DNA from: Verrucomicrobiota bacterium
Lineage (GTDB): Bacteria > Verrucomicrobiota > Verrucomicrobiia > Opitutales > Opitutaceae
Assembly (NCBI GenBank): GCA_023386835.1
Contig: JAEWIY010000018.1
Location: 14,130 to 78,129 of the forward strand
Direction: 5' to 3'
Length of the DNA: 64,000 nucleotides
This document shows positions 21,073-29,823 of this stretch, one piece after another. Each line of letters opens with the position of its first letter. The first letter of the stretch is position 1. The translations under genes and the position numbers were made by a program. A model generated the notes under the pieces. The model did no database searches. It saw only the letters and a list, made by a program, of their open reading frames with translations, and was not told the origin of the DNA.

Positions 21073-21957
21073 TTAGTGGGCGCGTGCCGCCATGGAGCGG
21101 ACGAGCTCGCGTAGAAAATCTGCCTGAGGCCCAAACCGCCGAAGTGCCGTTTCGGCGGCCGCCGTCCGTCGGGCGACTTGGTGTCGCGACTCGTCGAGCC
21201 CCAACAGGGTGACGTAGGTCGTCTTGCCCGCGCGGGCGTCCTTGCCGGCGGTCTTGCCCAAGGTCGCGGTATCCGCGGTCGCGTCGAGAATGTCGTCAAC
21301 GATCTGGAAAGCCAAACCGAGGTGTTCGCCCACTTGGGCGAGCTCGGACAGGTCTTCCTCCGACAAGCGCCCGACAAGCCCGCCCAGTTGCAAAGCGCCG
21401 GCGATCATCGCGGCGGTCTTGTTGCGATGGATGTACTCCAGCTCGGGCAGGGTCGCGTCGGCTTTCTTCTCGGCCAACAGATCCTCCATCTGCCCGCCGA
21501 TCAGTTGTTCGCTGCCTGCCACCTCCGCGAGCGTGCGGACGAGCCGGTTCGCGAGCGCCGGATCATCGGCGTACGAGCGGCTGAGCAGCAGGAACGCGTG
21601 GGTCAGAAGCGCGTCGCCGGCGAGCAGGGCCGTCGCTTCGTCGAATTGGCGGTGCGCCGTCGGACGGCCGCGACGCAGGTCGTCGTTGTCCATGCACGGC
21701 AGGTCGTCATGGATCAGAGAATACGTGTGCACGCACTCGATCGCGACCGCGGCCGGCAGGGCGCGCTCAGCGGGCTCGCCGCCGAGTTCCGCCGCCGCGA
21801 GCACCAAGGTTGGGCGGAGCCGTTTCCCGCCGGATTCCAAGGTGTAACGCATGGCGGTGTGCAGCCGCGACGGGCGGGTGCCATGTGCTGGAACATGTTG
21901 CTCCAAGCCAGCTTCAATCTGCGCTACGAACGAGTTTAATTTGGTTGAGAAATCCAT
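21073..21957 (-). CDS. ispA: Polyprenyl (farnesyl/geranylgeranyl) diphosphate synthase
   Basis: ATG at 21957. First Asp-rich motif HTYSLIHDDLPCMDNDDLRRGRPT and second FQIVDDILD. The context closely resembles E. coli IspA. Confidence 0.8.
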   Translation of the reverse strand: MDFSTKLNSFVAQIEAGLEQHVPAHGTRPSRLHTAMRYTLESGGKRLRPTLVLAAAELGGEPAERALPAAVAIECVHTYSLIHDDLPCMDNDDLRRGRPTAHRQFDEATALLAGDALLTHAFLLLSRSYADDPALANRLVRTLAEVAGSEQLIGGQMEDLLAEKKADATLPELEYIHRNKTAAMIAGALQLGGLVGRLSEEDLSELAQVGEHLGLAFQIVDDILDATADTATLGKTAGKDARAGKTTYVTLLGLDESRHQVARRTAAAETALRRFGPQADFLRELVRSMAARAH

Positions 21958-21996
21958 GCTCGCGCCCCTACGGTCCGCCCGGTTTTCCTCGCCGCA

Positions 21997-22602
21997 ATGC
22001 CCACGCTCGAACTCGTTTGCAAACGCCTTTTCGTCGATTCCGCGTGGTTCCTCAAAAGCATCATCGGCGCGCTCCTGCTGGTCGTGCCGATCGCCCATTT
22101 TTTCGCGTTCGGGTATCTGTACTTGTTGGTGGAGCGCGCGCGGCGGGGCGATAGCGTGAAACTGCCGGAGTGGGAGGACTGGTCGCGCCTGTTCATGGTC
22201 GGCATTCCGACGTTCGTCATCTTCCTTGTCCTGGGTGTCGCGCCGATCCTGGTGGCGTGGATTCTCACGTGGCCGCTGCGCCTGCTGGCGTACGGCGCTT
22301 TTGTTTACCTGCCGCTGGTGCCCGCCGTGATGATCGCCGGGCCTTTGACGGCCGCGGGCATCTACCAGTACCAGAAACGGGAGGAGTATACGGACGCGTT
22401 TCGGCTGCCGGTGCTGAGCAAGATGCTCCGGTCGAGCCGGGGGCGGTTCATCCTGCCGACGCTCGCGCTGATCGGCCTGTTGGCGGCCGGCTATCCGCTG
22501 ATGACCTTCACCGTGTTTGTCGGTCTGGCGGCGAGCTGGACCTACTACGCGGCCTTTTTCCGATTTGTGGAAGAAACTCGCAAACCGCCGATTCGCGTTT
22601 AG
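21997..22602 (+). CDS. DUF4013-like membrane protein
   Basis: Four or five TM segments. The LPEWEDWSRLFMVG motif resembles DUF4013. It is divergent from ispA with a 39-nt spacer. Confidence 0.5.
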   Translation: MPTLELVCKRLFVDSAWFLKSIIGALLLVVPIAHFFAFGYLYLLVERARRGDSVKLPEWEDWSRLFMVGIPTFVIFLVLGVAPILVAWILTWPLRLLAYGAFVYLPLVPAVMIAGPLTAAGIYQYQKREEYTDAFRLPVLSKMLRSSRGRFILPTLALIGLLAAGYPLMTFTVFVGLAASWTYYAAFFRFVEETRKPPIRV

Positions 22603-22624
22603 GCGTCACGGTTTTTCTCAATCC

Positions 22625-22921
22625 ATGCCCACCTACGAGTATCTCTGCCAACAGTGCGGACACGAATTCGAGGCGTTCCAGTCGATGAAGGATGCGCCCC
22701 TGACGAACTGCCCCAGCTGCGGCAAGGAGACGGTGAAACGTAAGATCGGCGGCGGCGCGGGCCTGATCTTCAAGGGGTCCGGCTTCTACATCACCGATTA
22801 CAAGAAGTCGGCTGGCGGTGGCTCCGGCGGTGAATCAAAAGGGGGTGAGTCCAGCGGCGGCAAATCGGAAGCGAAACCCGCGAAATCCGAGAGTAAGTCG
22901 TCGTCTCCCAGTTCCAGCTAA
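22625..22921 (+). CDS. FmdB-family zinc-ribbon protein with a Gly/Ser/Lys-rich tail
   Basis: MPTYEYLCQQCGHEFE...CPSCG is the CxxC...CxxC FmdB signature. ATG at 22625. Confidence 0.8.
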   Translation: MPTYEYLCQQCGHEFEAFQSMKDAPLTNCPSCGKETVKRKIGGGAGLIFKGSGFYITDYKKSAGGGSGGESKGGESSGGKSEAKPAKSESKSSSPSSS

Positions 22922-22933
22922 CCACGCACCTCC

Positions 22934-23605
22934 ATGGCCACGATCAAAGAGAGATACGAGCGCGCACTTTACGGAGCCAGCCTGTTTGAAGTCACGCTGG
23001 GAGCGCTGCTCAGCGTGGCGTTGGGGGCGGTTTTAGCTCTGGCCTTTTTGGTCTTCAAACCGGTGGAGACGGCCAAGGCGCCGCCCGAGCAGCCCGAAGT
23101 GGGGACGGTCTATTACGTCCAAGGTTCGGCCAACGGCACCCGTGGTCGCCAGTACCTCCGTAAGCGCCAGCTGCTGCTCGAGGGGGGCGCTTCGGAGGTG
23201 ATCACGCTGTCGGAGGATGAACTCAATGCGTGGATCGCGTCGTCGCGCGCGAATCCGGATGCCCAGGGAGGGAGCGGCTTTTTGGTGCCGCAATCGGTGA
23301 ACTTCCGCGTGCGTGAGAGCCAGCTGCAGATCGGATTGCCGTGCACGTTGAGCCTGCCGGGCCTGAACCGGACAATCATCGTCCAGGCGAAAGGCGGGTT
23401 CGAGCAACGCAGCGGTAAGTTCGTTTACGCGCCCAGCGAGATGTACGTGGGTTCGTTGCCGGCGCACCGCGTGCCGGGCTTGGCGAGCTTCGTCACGAAC
23501 CGCTTGATGGCCGCGCAGGAATTGCCGCCCGAAACCGTGGCTGCTTGGTCCCGGCTGGAGCGGGTCTCCGTGGAAGGCGAACACCTCGTATTGGCCGGGC
23601 GGTGA
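22934..23605 (+). CDS. Hypothetical single-pass membrane-anchored protein
   Basis: One N-terminal TM (LGALLSVALGAVLALAFLVF) and a ~170-aa extracytoplasmic domain. I recognise no family. Confidence 0.45.
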   Translation: MATIKERYERALYGASLFEVTLGALLSVALGAVLALAFLVFKPVETAKAPPEQPEVGTVYYVQGSANGTRGRQYLRKRQLLLEGGASEVITLSEDELNAWIASSRANPDAQGGSGFLVPQSVNFRVRESQLQIGLPCTLSLPGLNRTIIVQAKGGFEQRSGKFVYAPSEMYVGSLPAHRVPGLASFVTNRLMAAQELPPETVAAWSRLERVSVEGEHLVLAGR

Positions 23606-23662
23606 CGCGGGCCTGCACGACGGTGCGCGGTTCGCGCCGGAGTGGAGTCGAAAGGTGCGGAA

Positions 23663-24850
23663 TCAGCGTGCTGACGGCCCGCCGCCCAGCGCGTTCAGCA
23701 GCTTGTCGAGATCGACGTGCTCGGTGATGAGCCGCTTGATCACCGGGATCTTGTCGGTGTCCTCCGGCTGCGTTTTCACCGTCATCTGATTGATCTTCGA
23801 GGTGATGGTGTAGCTCTCACCGGCCGCGGTGATGACCGGGATGTCCGTTTGCGTCAGCAGTTCGCGCAGCTTCGGATGCGGCTCGATGTCATTGGTCAGG
23901 ATGATGCCGGCAACGGTGTTGGAAGGCTGCAGCTGTGCCGCGGAGATCGCCGCCAGGATGATGTCATCGCGGTCCCCGGGCGTGATGATCAACGTGCCCG
24001 CTTGCAGGTGTTCCACGATGCCCTTCGCCGTCATCGCGCCCACCACCACGCGTTCAACGCGCTGTTTGGCTCCGCCACGGCGGCCGTTGAGCCACCGTCC
24101 GGCGATGTGCTCGGCGATCTGCGACAGATTGGGGGCGGAGAGGACTTGCTGCACCGGCAGAACGCCGAGGAGCGGCACTCCAAGACGCGCGAGACCGCGG
24201 CCGGCGTAATCCTGGATCAAGTCGATCTTGTCGGGCTCGACCTTGTTCAGGATCACGCCGACGACCTGCACGCCCTCCTGGTCGAAAAGCGCCTTGTTCA
24301 GGGCGATCTCGTCGATCGGACGACCGATGCCTCCGGGGGTCACGAGGATGACCTTGGCGCGAAGCAGCTTCGCCACGCGCGCATTCGACAATTCGAAGAC
24401 GCTGCCGACACCGGCGTGGCCGGTGCCCTCGATCAGCGTGAAATCCTTTTCCCACGAGACCCGGTCAAACGCGCGGCAGATCGTGTCCTCCAACTCCGGC
24501 AGCATCTTGCCCGGCGACTTGAGATAACGGCGCGTGAAGGTGCCGTCGACCGCCACGGGGCTCATGCTCTGGATCGGCACGTGCACATTGTAGATCGTGT
24601 CGAGCAGCACCGAATCCTCATCGATCTTGTGGCCTCCGACCTCGATGAAGCGCTGGCCGATGGGCTTGATGAAACCCATTCGCGGGAAGATGGCCTGCAA
24701 CGCGGCAAAGAGGCCGAGGCACGTGGTAGTCTTGCCGTCATTCATCCGGGTCGCCGCCACGAACAGCCGTTTCGTGACGTGATTCGTGGGCTTCGTGAGC
24801 AGCGGCAACGGCGGCAGTTCGAATGGGTTGGCGATCTGCGGAGTGGGCAC
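23663..24850 (-). CDS. Phosphotransacetylase N-terminal-like protein (BioD/CobQ-like P-loop domain plus DRTGG domain)
   Basis: Collinear with the N-terminal ~350 aa of E. coli Pta (GKTTTCLGL..., LIEGTG, ...LIITPGDRDDIILAA DRTGG region). GTG start at 24850. Confidence 0.75.
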   Translation of the reverse strand: MPTPQIANPFELPPLPLLTKPTNHVTKRLFVAATRMNDGKTTTCLGLFAALQAIFPRMGFIKPIGQRFIEVGGHKIDEDSVLLDTIYNVHVPIQSMSPVAVDGTFTRRYLKSPGKMLPELEDTICRAFDRVSWEKDFTLIEGTGHAGVGSVFELSNARVAKLLRAKVILVTPGGIGRPIDEIALNKALFDQEGVQVVGVILNKVEPDKIDLIQDYAGRGLARLGVPLLGVLPVQQVLSAPNLSQIAEHIAGRWLNGRRGGAKQRVERVVVGAMTAKGIVEHLQAGTLIITPGDRDDIILAAISAAQLQPSNTVAGIILTNDIEPHPKLRELLTQTDIPVITAAGESYTITSKINQMTVKTQPEDTDKIPVIKRLITEHVDLDKLLNALGGGPSAR

Positions 24851-24947
24851 GGGAAGGGAGAAGGAAAGAGGCGCGAAGAAGGATCAGCCGGTTCAGAACC
24901 GCAGGCGCGAGGAACTCAGCTGGCGTGGCGCATAGACGTCGGGTCAC

Positions 24948-25979
24948 TCAGGCGGTGCCATACAGCAACCGACGGTCGATTGCCTGCGCGCCCACGACCG
25001 CGGCGGCGCCAAAAACATCGTGAGCACTGGCCCCACGACTGATCTCAGCCGCCGGTTTGGTCAGACCGGTGATGATCTGGCCAAACGTATTCGCGCCGGC
25101 GAGGTATTGAACAAGTTTATACCCGATGTTGGCGCTGTTGAGGTCGGGAAACACCAGCACGTTGGCCCGGCCGGCGACGGGGCTGTCGACCTTCTTGGCT
25201 CGTGCGACGGTGAGGTCGAGGGCGGCGTCGACCTGCAATTCACCATCAATCTCCAACTCGAGCCCCTGGGATTGTGCGCGCTGGCGGGCCAGCTCGGTGG
25301 CGTGGCGCACCTTCAGCAGAGCAGGGTGGTTCGAGGTGCCGCGCGACGCGTAACTGAGCATCGCGACACGCGGCCGCTCATTGGTCAGATGCTGCGCGAT
25401 TAACGCGGTGGAAAGCGCGATGTCCGCCAACTGCTCGGCGGTGGGCTCCGGAATCACGCCGCAATCCGTGAGGAAGAGCGAACCGTCGCTGCCGACTTTC
25501 TGCTCATCAAAATCCAGGATCATCAACGACGACGCGGTGCGCACGTGCTCGAGGCGCGGGATGATTTGGAACAGGGGGCGCAGGGCGCTCGAGGCCGATT
25601 GACTGGCGCCGCCGACGAGCGCGTCGACTTGCCCGGCGGCCAGCATCATCGTGGCAAACGTGCTGTTGTCGCGCATGGCCTGACGCGCCTGATCCGGCGT
25701 GAGGCCGCGGGACCGGCGCTGCTCCGCGAGTTGTGCAACAAAGAGCTCAAAGTCCTCGCTCCGGGAGGGCTCAATCAGGCGCATCCCTTCCAGGTTGATG
25801 TCGAGACGGGCCGCCTGGGCCTTGATCTCCGTGCGATCTCCCAACAGCACCGGTACGCCCATCCGCCGGGTGACCCATTGTCGCGCCGCTTGCAAAATAC
25901 GGGCGTCGGTGCCCTCCGCAAAGGCGACGCGTTTCGGATGACGTTGAAGTTTGGCCGTGAGCTTCGGAATCAGCGGCAT
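24948..25979 (-). CDS. pta: Phosphate acetyltransferase, catalytic PTA_PTB domain only
   Basis: RVAFAEGTDARIL, DALVGGA, DCGVIPEPTAEQLADIA, SPVAGRANVLVFPDLNSANIGYK and SRGAS. Confidence 0.9.
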   Translation of the reverse strand: MPLIPKLTAKLQRHPKRVAFAEGTDARILQAARQWVTRRMGVPVLLGDRTEIKAQAARLDINLEGMRLIEPSRSEDFELFVAQLAEQRRSRGLTPDQARQAMRDNSTFATMMLAAGQVDALVGGASQSASSALRPLFQIIPRLEHVRTASSLMILDFDEQKVGSDGSLFLTDCGVIPEPTAEQLADIALSTALIAQHLTNERPRVAMLSYASRGTSNHPALLKVRHATELARQRAQSQGLELEIDGELQVDAALDLTVARAKKVDSPVAGRANVLVFPDLNSANIGYKLVQYLAGANTFGQIITGLTKPAAEISRGASAHDVFGAAAVVGAQAIDRRLLYGTA

Positions 25980-26076
25980 AGTTCGGGTGCACGCTGCGTT
26001 TGCACGGCAGCAGCGTCAATGCCGGCCACCGGTAATGACTTGTAAGCGAGGGTGGCCGACCCGAAAAACAACGCGC

Positions 26077-27627
26077 GTGTCCAAGAAGCTCCGGAACATC
26101 GGCATGGTGGCGGGCCTGACCGTGGTGTCGCGTGTCCTTGGGCTGATCCGCGACCAGTTGAGCGCGGCCGTGTTTGGCACCACCGCGCTGGCCTCGGCAT
26201 TCGTGACAGCCTTCCGTGTCCCCAATTTGTTCCGACGGCTGCTTGGCGAGGGTTCGTTGACGGCGGCGCTCGTGCCGACGCTGCAGGATTCGCTGCAGAA
26301 GGCGGGGCGACCGGCGGCGTTCGAATTGATGAGCCAGGTGGCGAGCTGGCTTTGTGTGGTCTGTGGAACGATCGTGGGTGTGGCGATGCTGCTCGCGAGC
26401 CAGGCGCGGTGGTGGCCGGGGTTGGAGGAGCGCTGGTATGTCAGCGCCGATCTCGCGGTCTGGCTCTTCCCTTACCTCTTGTTCGTCTGTCTGGCGGCGG
26501 TGTTCAGCGCGATGCTCAACGTGCTGCAGCGCTTCACCGAACCGGCCCTGTCGCCAATCTGGCTCAACGTCAGCATGATTGCCGCGCTCGGGCTCGCCGG
26601 TCTCCAGTTGGCGGAGACAGCGGAAGGTCGAATGCGCTGGCTCTGTGCGGGTGTGCTGGTCGGCGGATTTTTGCAGATGGCGGTGCCCGCCGGTGTGTTG
26701 CTGCGACTGGGCTGGCGGCCGCGCTTCGATCTGACGCGATCGAGTGGGGTGCGGGAAATCGCGCGCCTGATGGCGCCGGGGCTGTGGGGCACGGCGATTT
26801 ACCAGATCAACCTCTTCGTCGCGCAGATGCTCGCAATGGCGCTGAATGACTCGGCGGCTGCGGCCCTCTTCTACGCCAATCGGCTGATGGAGCTGCCGAT
26901 TGGAGTGTTCGCGATCGCCGTGTCGACCGTCATCTATCCGTTGATCGCGCAACATGCCGCCGCGCGAAACTTCGTCAGCATGCGGGACGACTATCGCCTC
27001 GGCATCCGGCTCATCCTGGCGATCAACGTGCCGGCGGCGGCGGGGCTGGCGCTGTTGAGTGAACCGATCGTGCGGATCCTGTTTCAGCGCGGGCAATTCG
27101 ACGCGGGTGATACGCAGATGATGGTGCCGCTGCTGGCGGCGTTTGCGCTCGGCATGCCGTTCTTTTCGATCGTCAGCCTGATGACGCGCGCCTTCTACGC
27201 GGTCAAAGACACGCGCACGCCGGTGAAGGTCGCGACCGTCAGCTTCGTGCTGAACGTGGTTTTCAGCGTGGTCCTGATGCGGCGCCTGGGCGCGGCGGGT
27301 CTGGCGCTCGCCAGCACGCTGGCCGTGCTCGTCCAGACGGCCTTGTTGCAGCTGCAGCTGACGAAGAAACTTCCGCTCCTGCAGTTCCTGCCCCTGTGGC
27401 GGGACGTGGTGAAGATTCTGATTGGTACCGCCGTGCTGTCCGGCGTTGTGCTCGTGGGCTGGCAGGTGCTCCGGGTGTATGGGCGAACCGGTGACTGGAT
27501 GGCGTTGGGCGGCCTGATTCCGTTTGCCGCGGCGGTTTACGGGGCGGTGTTGTGGATTCTGCGCATCGAAGGCCGCGAACAGATGAGCCTGCTGCTGCGC
27601 AACCGGTTCGGAGGAAAAAAAGGCTGA
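26077..27627 (+). CDS. murJ: Lipid II flippase MurJ (MviN)
   Basis: GTG at 26077 gives SKKLRNIGMVAGLTVVSRVLGLIRD, a canonical MurJ N-terminus. 14 TM segments. An alternative ATG lies at 26035. Confidence 0.9.
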   Translation: MSKKLRNIGMVAGLTVVSRVLGLIRDQLSAAVFGTTALASAFVTAFRVPNLFRRLLGEGSLTAALVPTLQDSLQKAGRPAAFELMSQVASWLCVVCGTIVGVAMLLASQARWWPGLEERWYVSADLAVWLFPYLLFVCLAAVFSAMLNVLQRFTEPALSPIWLNVSMIAALGLAGLQLAETAEGRMRWLCAGVLVGGFLQMAVPAGVLLRLGWRPRFDLTRSSGVREIARLMAPGLWGTAIYQINLFVAQMLAMALNDSAAAALFYANRLMELPIGVFAIAVSTVIYPLIAQHAAARNFVSMRDDYRLGIRLILAINVPAAAGLALLSEPIVRILFQRGQFDAGDTQMMVPLLAAFALGMPFFSIVSLMTRAFYAVKDTRTPVKVATVSFVLNVVFSVVLMRRLGAAGLALASTLAVLVQTALLQLQLTKKLPLLQFLPLWRDVVKILIGTAVLSGVVLVGWQVLRVYGRTGDWMALGGLIPFAAAVYGAVLWILRIEGREQMSLLLRNRFGGKKG

Positions 27628-27657
27628 CTGGCTGCCAAGGCCGTCGCTGCTGTCGTG

Positions 27658-28635
27658 ATGAAGTTCAAGCTGGATTGGTTCATGTGGGGCATGGCGGGCG
27701 CGGTCGCGCTGGCGTGGTTGTATCCAGACGCTGGAGCGAGCGGCGGTTGGATGCATCCCGAGGTGCTGAACAAACTGGGCATCGCGGTGATCTTCTTCCT
27801 GCACGGCGCCTCGTTGCCGCTGGCAGCGTTGCGCGCCGGAACCCTGCAGTGGCGGGTGCACCTGGTGATCCAGCTGTGCACGTTCCTGCTGTTTCCGCTG
27901 GTCGGATTGGTGATCTGGGCGGCGACGTCACCCTGGCTCAGCGCCGACCTGCGGCTGGGTTACTTTTACCTCTGTGTCCTGCCATCCACCGTGTCATCAT
28001 CTGTCGCGCTGACGGCGGCGGCGCGCGGCAACGTGCCGGTGGCGGTGTTCAACGCCACGCTGTCGAGCCTGCTCGGCATCTTTCTCACGCCACTCTGGCT
28101 CGGGCTGGTGCTGAAGGCCGGCAGCCACGCGCTTCCTCTGGCCGATGTGGTCTGGGACCTGGTGAAATGGCTGCTCGCTCCGTTTGTGCTGGGGCAGGTC
28201 GCCCGGCCGCTGATCGGCGCCTTGGTCGGGAAACACAAAGCGCGTATCGGAAAAGTGGATCGCGCGACGATCCTGGTGCTGGTTTACACCTCGTTCGCCG
28301 ACTCGTTCCAGAATGGCGTCTGGAGCAGCCACGGGTGGGGAACGGTGGCGCTGACCGTGGCGGGGGCCGGAGCAATTTTCTTCGCTGTGCTCGCCACCGT
28401 GCGGGCGATCTGCCGCGGGTTGCACTTTCCGATGGAGGATTCGATCGCGGCGATGTTCTGCGGATCCAAGAAGACCCTGGCTTCCGGCGTGCCGATGGCG
28501 CAGATCATCTTTGCAGGCCACCCCGGCGTCGGCCTGATCCTGCTGCCGATCATGATTTACCATCCGCTGCAGCTCATCCTGTGCGGCTGGCTGGCCGGGC
28601 GCTGGTCAGCCCGACCGGTCGGTGAGCGGACTTAA
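27658..28635 (+). CDS. Bile acid:Na+ symporter (BASS/YfeH-like) family transporter
   Basis: Polytopic. The N-terminus (KLDWFMWGMAGAVALAWLYP...LNKLGIAVIFFLHG) resembles YfeH/SBF-like proteins. The GTG at 27655 is immediately followed by the ATG at 27658. Confidence 0.8.
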   Translation: MKFKLDWFMWGMAGAVALAWLYPDAGASGGWMHPEVLNKLGIAVIFFLHGASLPLAALRAGTLQWRVHLVIQLCTFLLFPLVGLVIWAATSPWLSADLRLGYFYLCVLPSTVSSSVALTAAARGNVPVAVFNATLSSLLGIFLTPLWLGLVLKAGSHALPLADVVWDLVKWLLAPFVLGQVARPLIGALVGKHKARIGKVDRATILVLVYTSFADSFQNGVWSSHGWGTVALTVAGAGAIFFAVLATVRAICRGLHFPMEDSIAAMFCGSKKTLASGVPMAQIIFAGHPGVGLILLPIMIYHPLQLILCGWLAGRWSARPVGERT

Positions 28636-28777
28636 AGCGCTCTCGTGCCAAGTGGACTGGAGCGCTCGTTGGTCGGCGTCGGTAAAGGGAATCCGACGCC
28701 GGCCGATCCCAGTAGAGCAGGGAATGAAAACGCCCCTACGCTTGATTTGACTGTCCGGTAAACTATCCTGCCTAAAC

Positions 28778-29389
28778 ATGGGACGCACCAGCAACGCCAA
28801 CGAACGGCTGATGGACGCCGCACTCGCCCTGATGTGGGAGGAGAGCTACGGCGCCGTCTCCATCGATGACATTTGCCGGCGCGCCAACGTGAAAAAGGGC
28901 AGTTTTTATTACTTCTTCGCTTCGAAGTCCGAGCTGGCAGTGGAGGCGCTGGAGCGGTACTGGCAGCAACTTAAGCCGGTGATGGACAGGATCTTCTCTC
29001 CGTCCGCGGCGCCGCTCGACCGGATCCGGGCGAAATGTGAGCACACTTACCAAACGCAGCGGGAAGTGCAGCAGCAGACGGGTCAGGTTCTGGGTTGTCG
29101 GCTGTGCTGTCTGGGTTCGGAAATCTGCACGCAGGATCCGTCGATTCGGGGGAAGGTCGTGGAGATCCTCGAGCGGGAGAGGCGATATTGGGAAAGCGCA
29201 ATTCGGGACGGGCAGGCAGACGGTGTCATCCCCCCGGGGGACACCTCGGGCCGGGCTCGCTGCGCTTTGGCTTACTTTTCGGGTTTAGTCGCTCAAGCGC
29301 GACTCACCAACGACATCGACCTGCTGCGCGAACTGCCGCAGCGGGTGATCGAGCACGTTCAGGGGGCGGCCCGGGCGTCCGCAGCTTAA
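28778..29389 (+). CDS. TetR-family regulator, NemR-like (electrophile/redox-sensing subtype)
   Basis: HTH region VKKGSFYYFFASKSELAVEALERY aligns with E. coli NemR VPKGSFYHYFRSKEAFGVAMLERH. GQVLGCRLCCLGSEICTQD aligns with NemR GTISGCLTVKLSAEVCDLS, which contains the sensing Cys106. Confidence 0.8.
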   Translation: MGRTSNANERLMDAALALMWEESYGAVSIDDICRRANVKKGSFYYFFASKSELAVEALERYWQQLKPVMDRIFSPSAAPLDRIRAKCEHTYQTQREVQQQTGQVLGCRLCCLGSEICTQDPSIRGKVVEILERERRYWESAIRDGQADGVIPPGDTSGRARCALAYFSGLVAQARLTNDIDLLRELPQRVIEHVQGAARASAA

Positions 29390-29437
29390 CGAAGGTTTTC
29401 GCAGAAAAATAAAGGGCGTTGCTTGCGCTCGGGCCGT

Positions 29438-29458
29438 TAGTAGACAACCAGTCAACTA
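29438..29458. promoter_or_regulatory. Imperfect palindrome TAGTAGAC-N5-GTCAACTA, candidate TetR operator
   Basis: 7 of 8 positions pair. It ends 2 nt before the trxA ATG. A related GGTAAACTATC element lies at 28757-28767 upstream of the TetR gene. Confidence 0.3.
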
Positions 29459-29460
29459 TC

Positions 29461-29808
29461 ATGTCGAACTCCGCTGCCATTGTCTCCGTCACGACCGAGT
29501 CATTTGCGGACCAAGTGCTCGCCGCCTCGCGCGAGCGTCTGGTCCTGGTTGATTTCTGGGCCGCCTGGTGCGGCCCGTGCAAAGCGCTCGCTCCAATCCT
29601 CGAGAAGGTCGCCGAAGTGGAAGGAGATCGACTGGTGATCGCCAAGGTCGACGTCGACGCCGAGCCGGAGCTGGCGAGCCGCTACGGCATCCGGGCGCTT
29701 CCGACCTTGGCGCTCTTCCGTGATGGCAGCGTGGTTGACCAGATCGTCGGCTTGCAATCCGCGGAGGCAATCCGCTCTCACCTTCGGACCGTTCCGTTTG
29801 CGGCCTGA
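29461..29808 (+). CDS. trxA: Thioredoxin
   Basis: WAAWCGPCK active site. About 115 aa. ATG at 29461. Confidence 0.9.
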   Translation: MSNSAAIVSVTTESFADQVLAASRERLVLVDFWAAWCGPCKALAPILEKVAEVEGDRLVIAKVDVDAEPELASRYGIRALPTLALFRDGSVVDQIVGLQSAEAIRSHLRTVPFAA

Positions 29809-29823
29809 GCGCACCTTGTCCTC

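Noticed and set aside
25771-27861. 696-aa minus-strand ORF opposite murJ
   Set aside because: It is antisense to a well-supported MurJ. The translation is a low-complexity run of Arg/His/Gln/Pro, and the frame simply mirrors the GC3-rich coding frame.
27552-28625. 357-aa plus-strand ORF overlapping the BASS transporter in another frame
   Set aside because: Its composition is Arg/Gly/Ala/Pro-rich. The alternative frame (27658-28635) gives a coherent polytopic transporter.
28747-28764. TTGACT ... TAAACT as a sigma-70 promoter for the TetR gene
   Set aside because: The two hexamers are only 6 nt apart instead of about 17, so they cannot be a -35/-10 pair. They are more likely part of an operator-like element.
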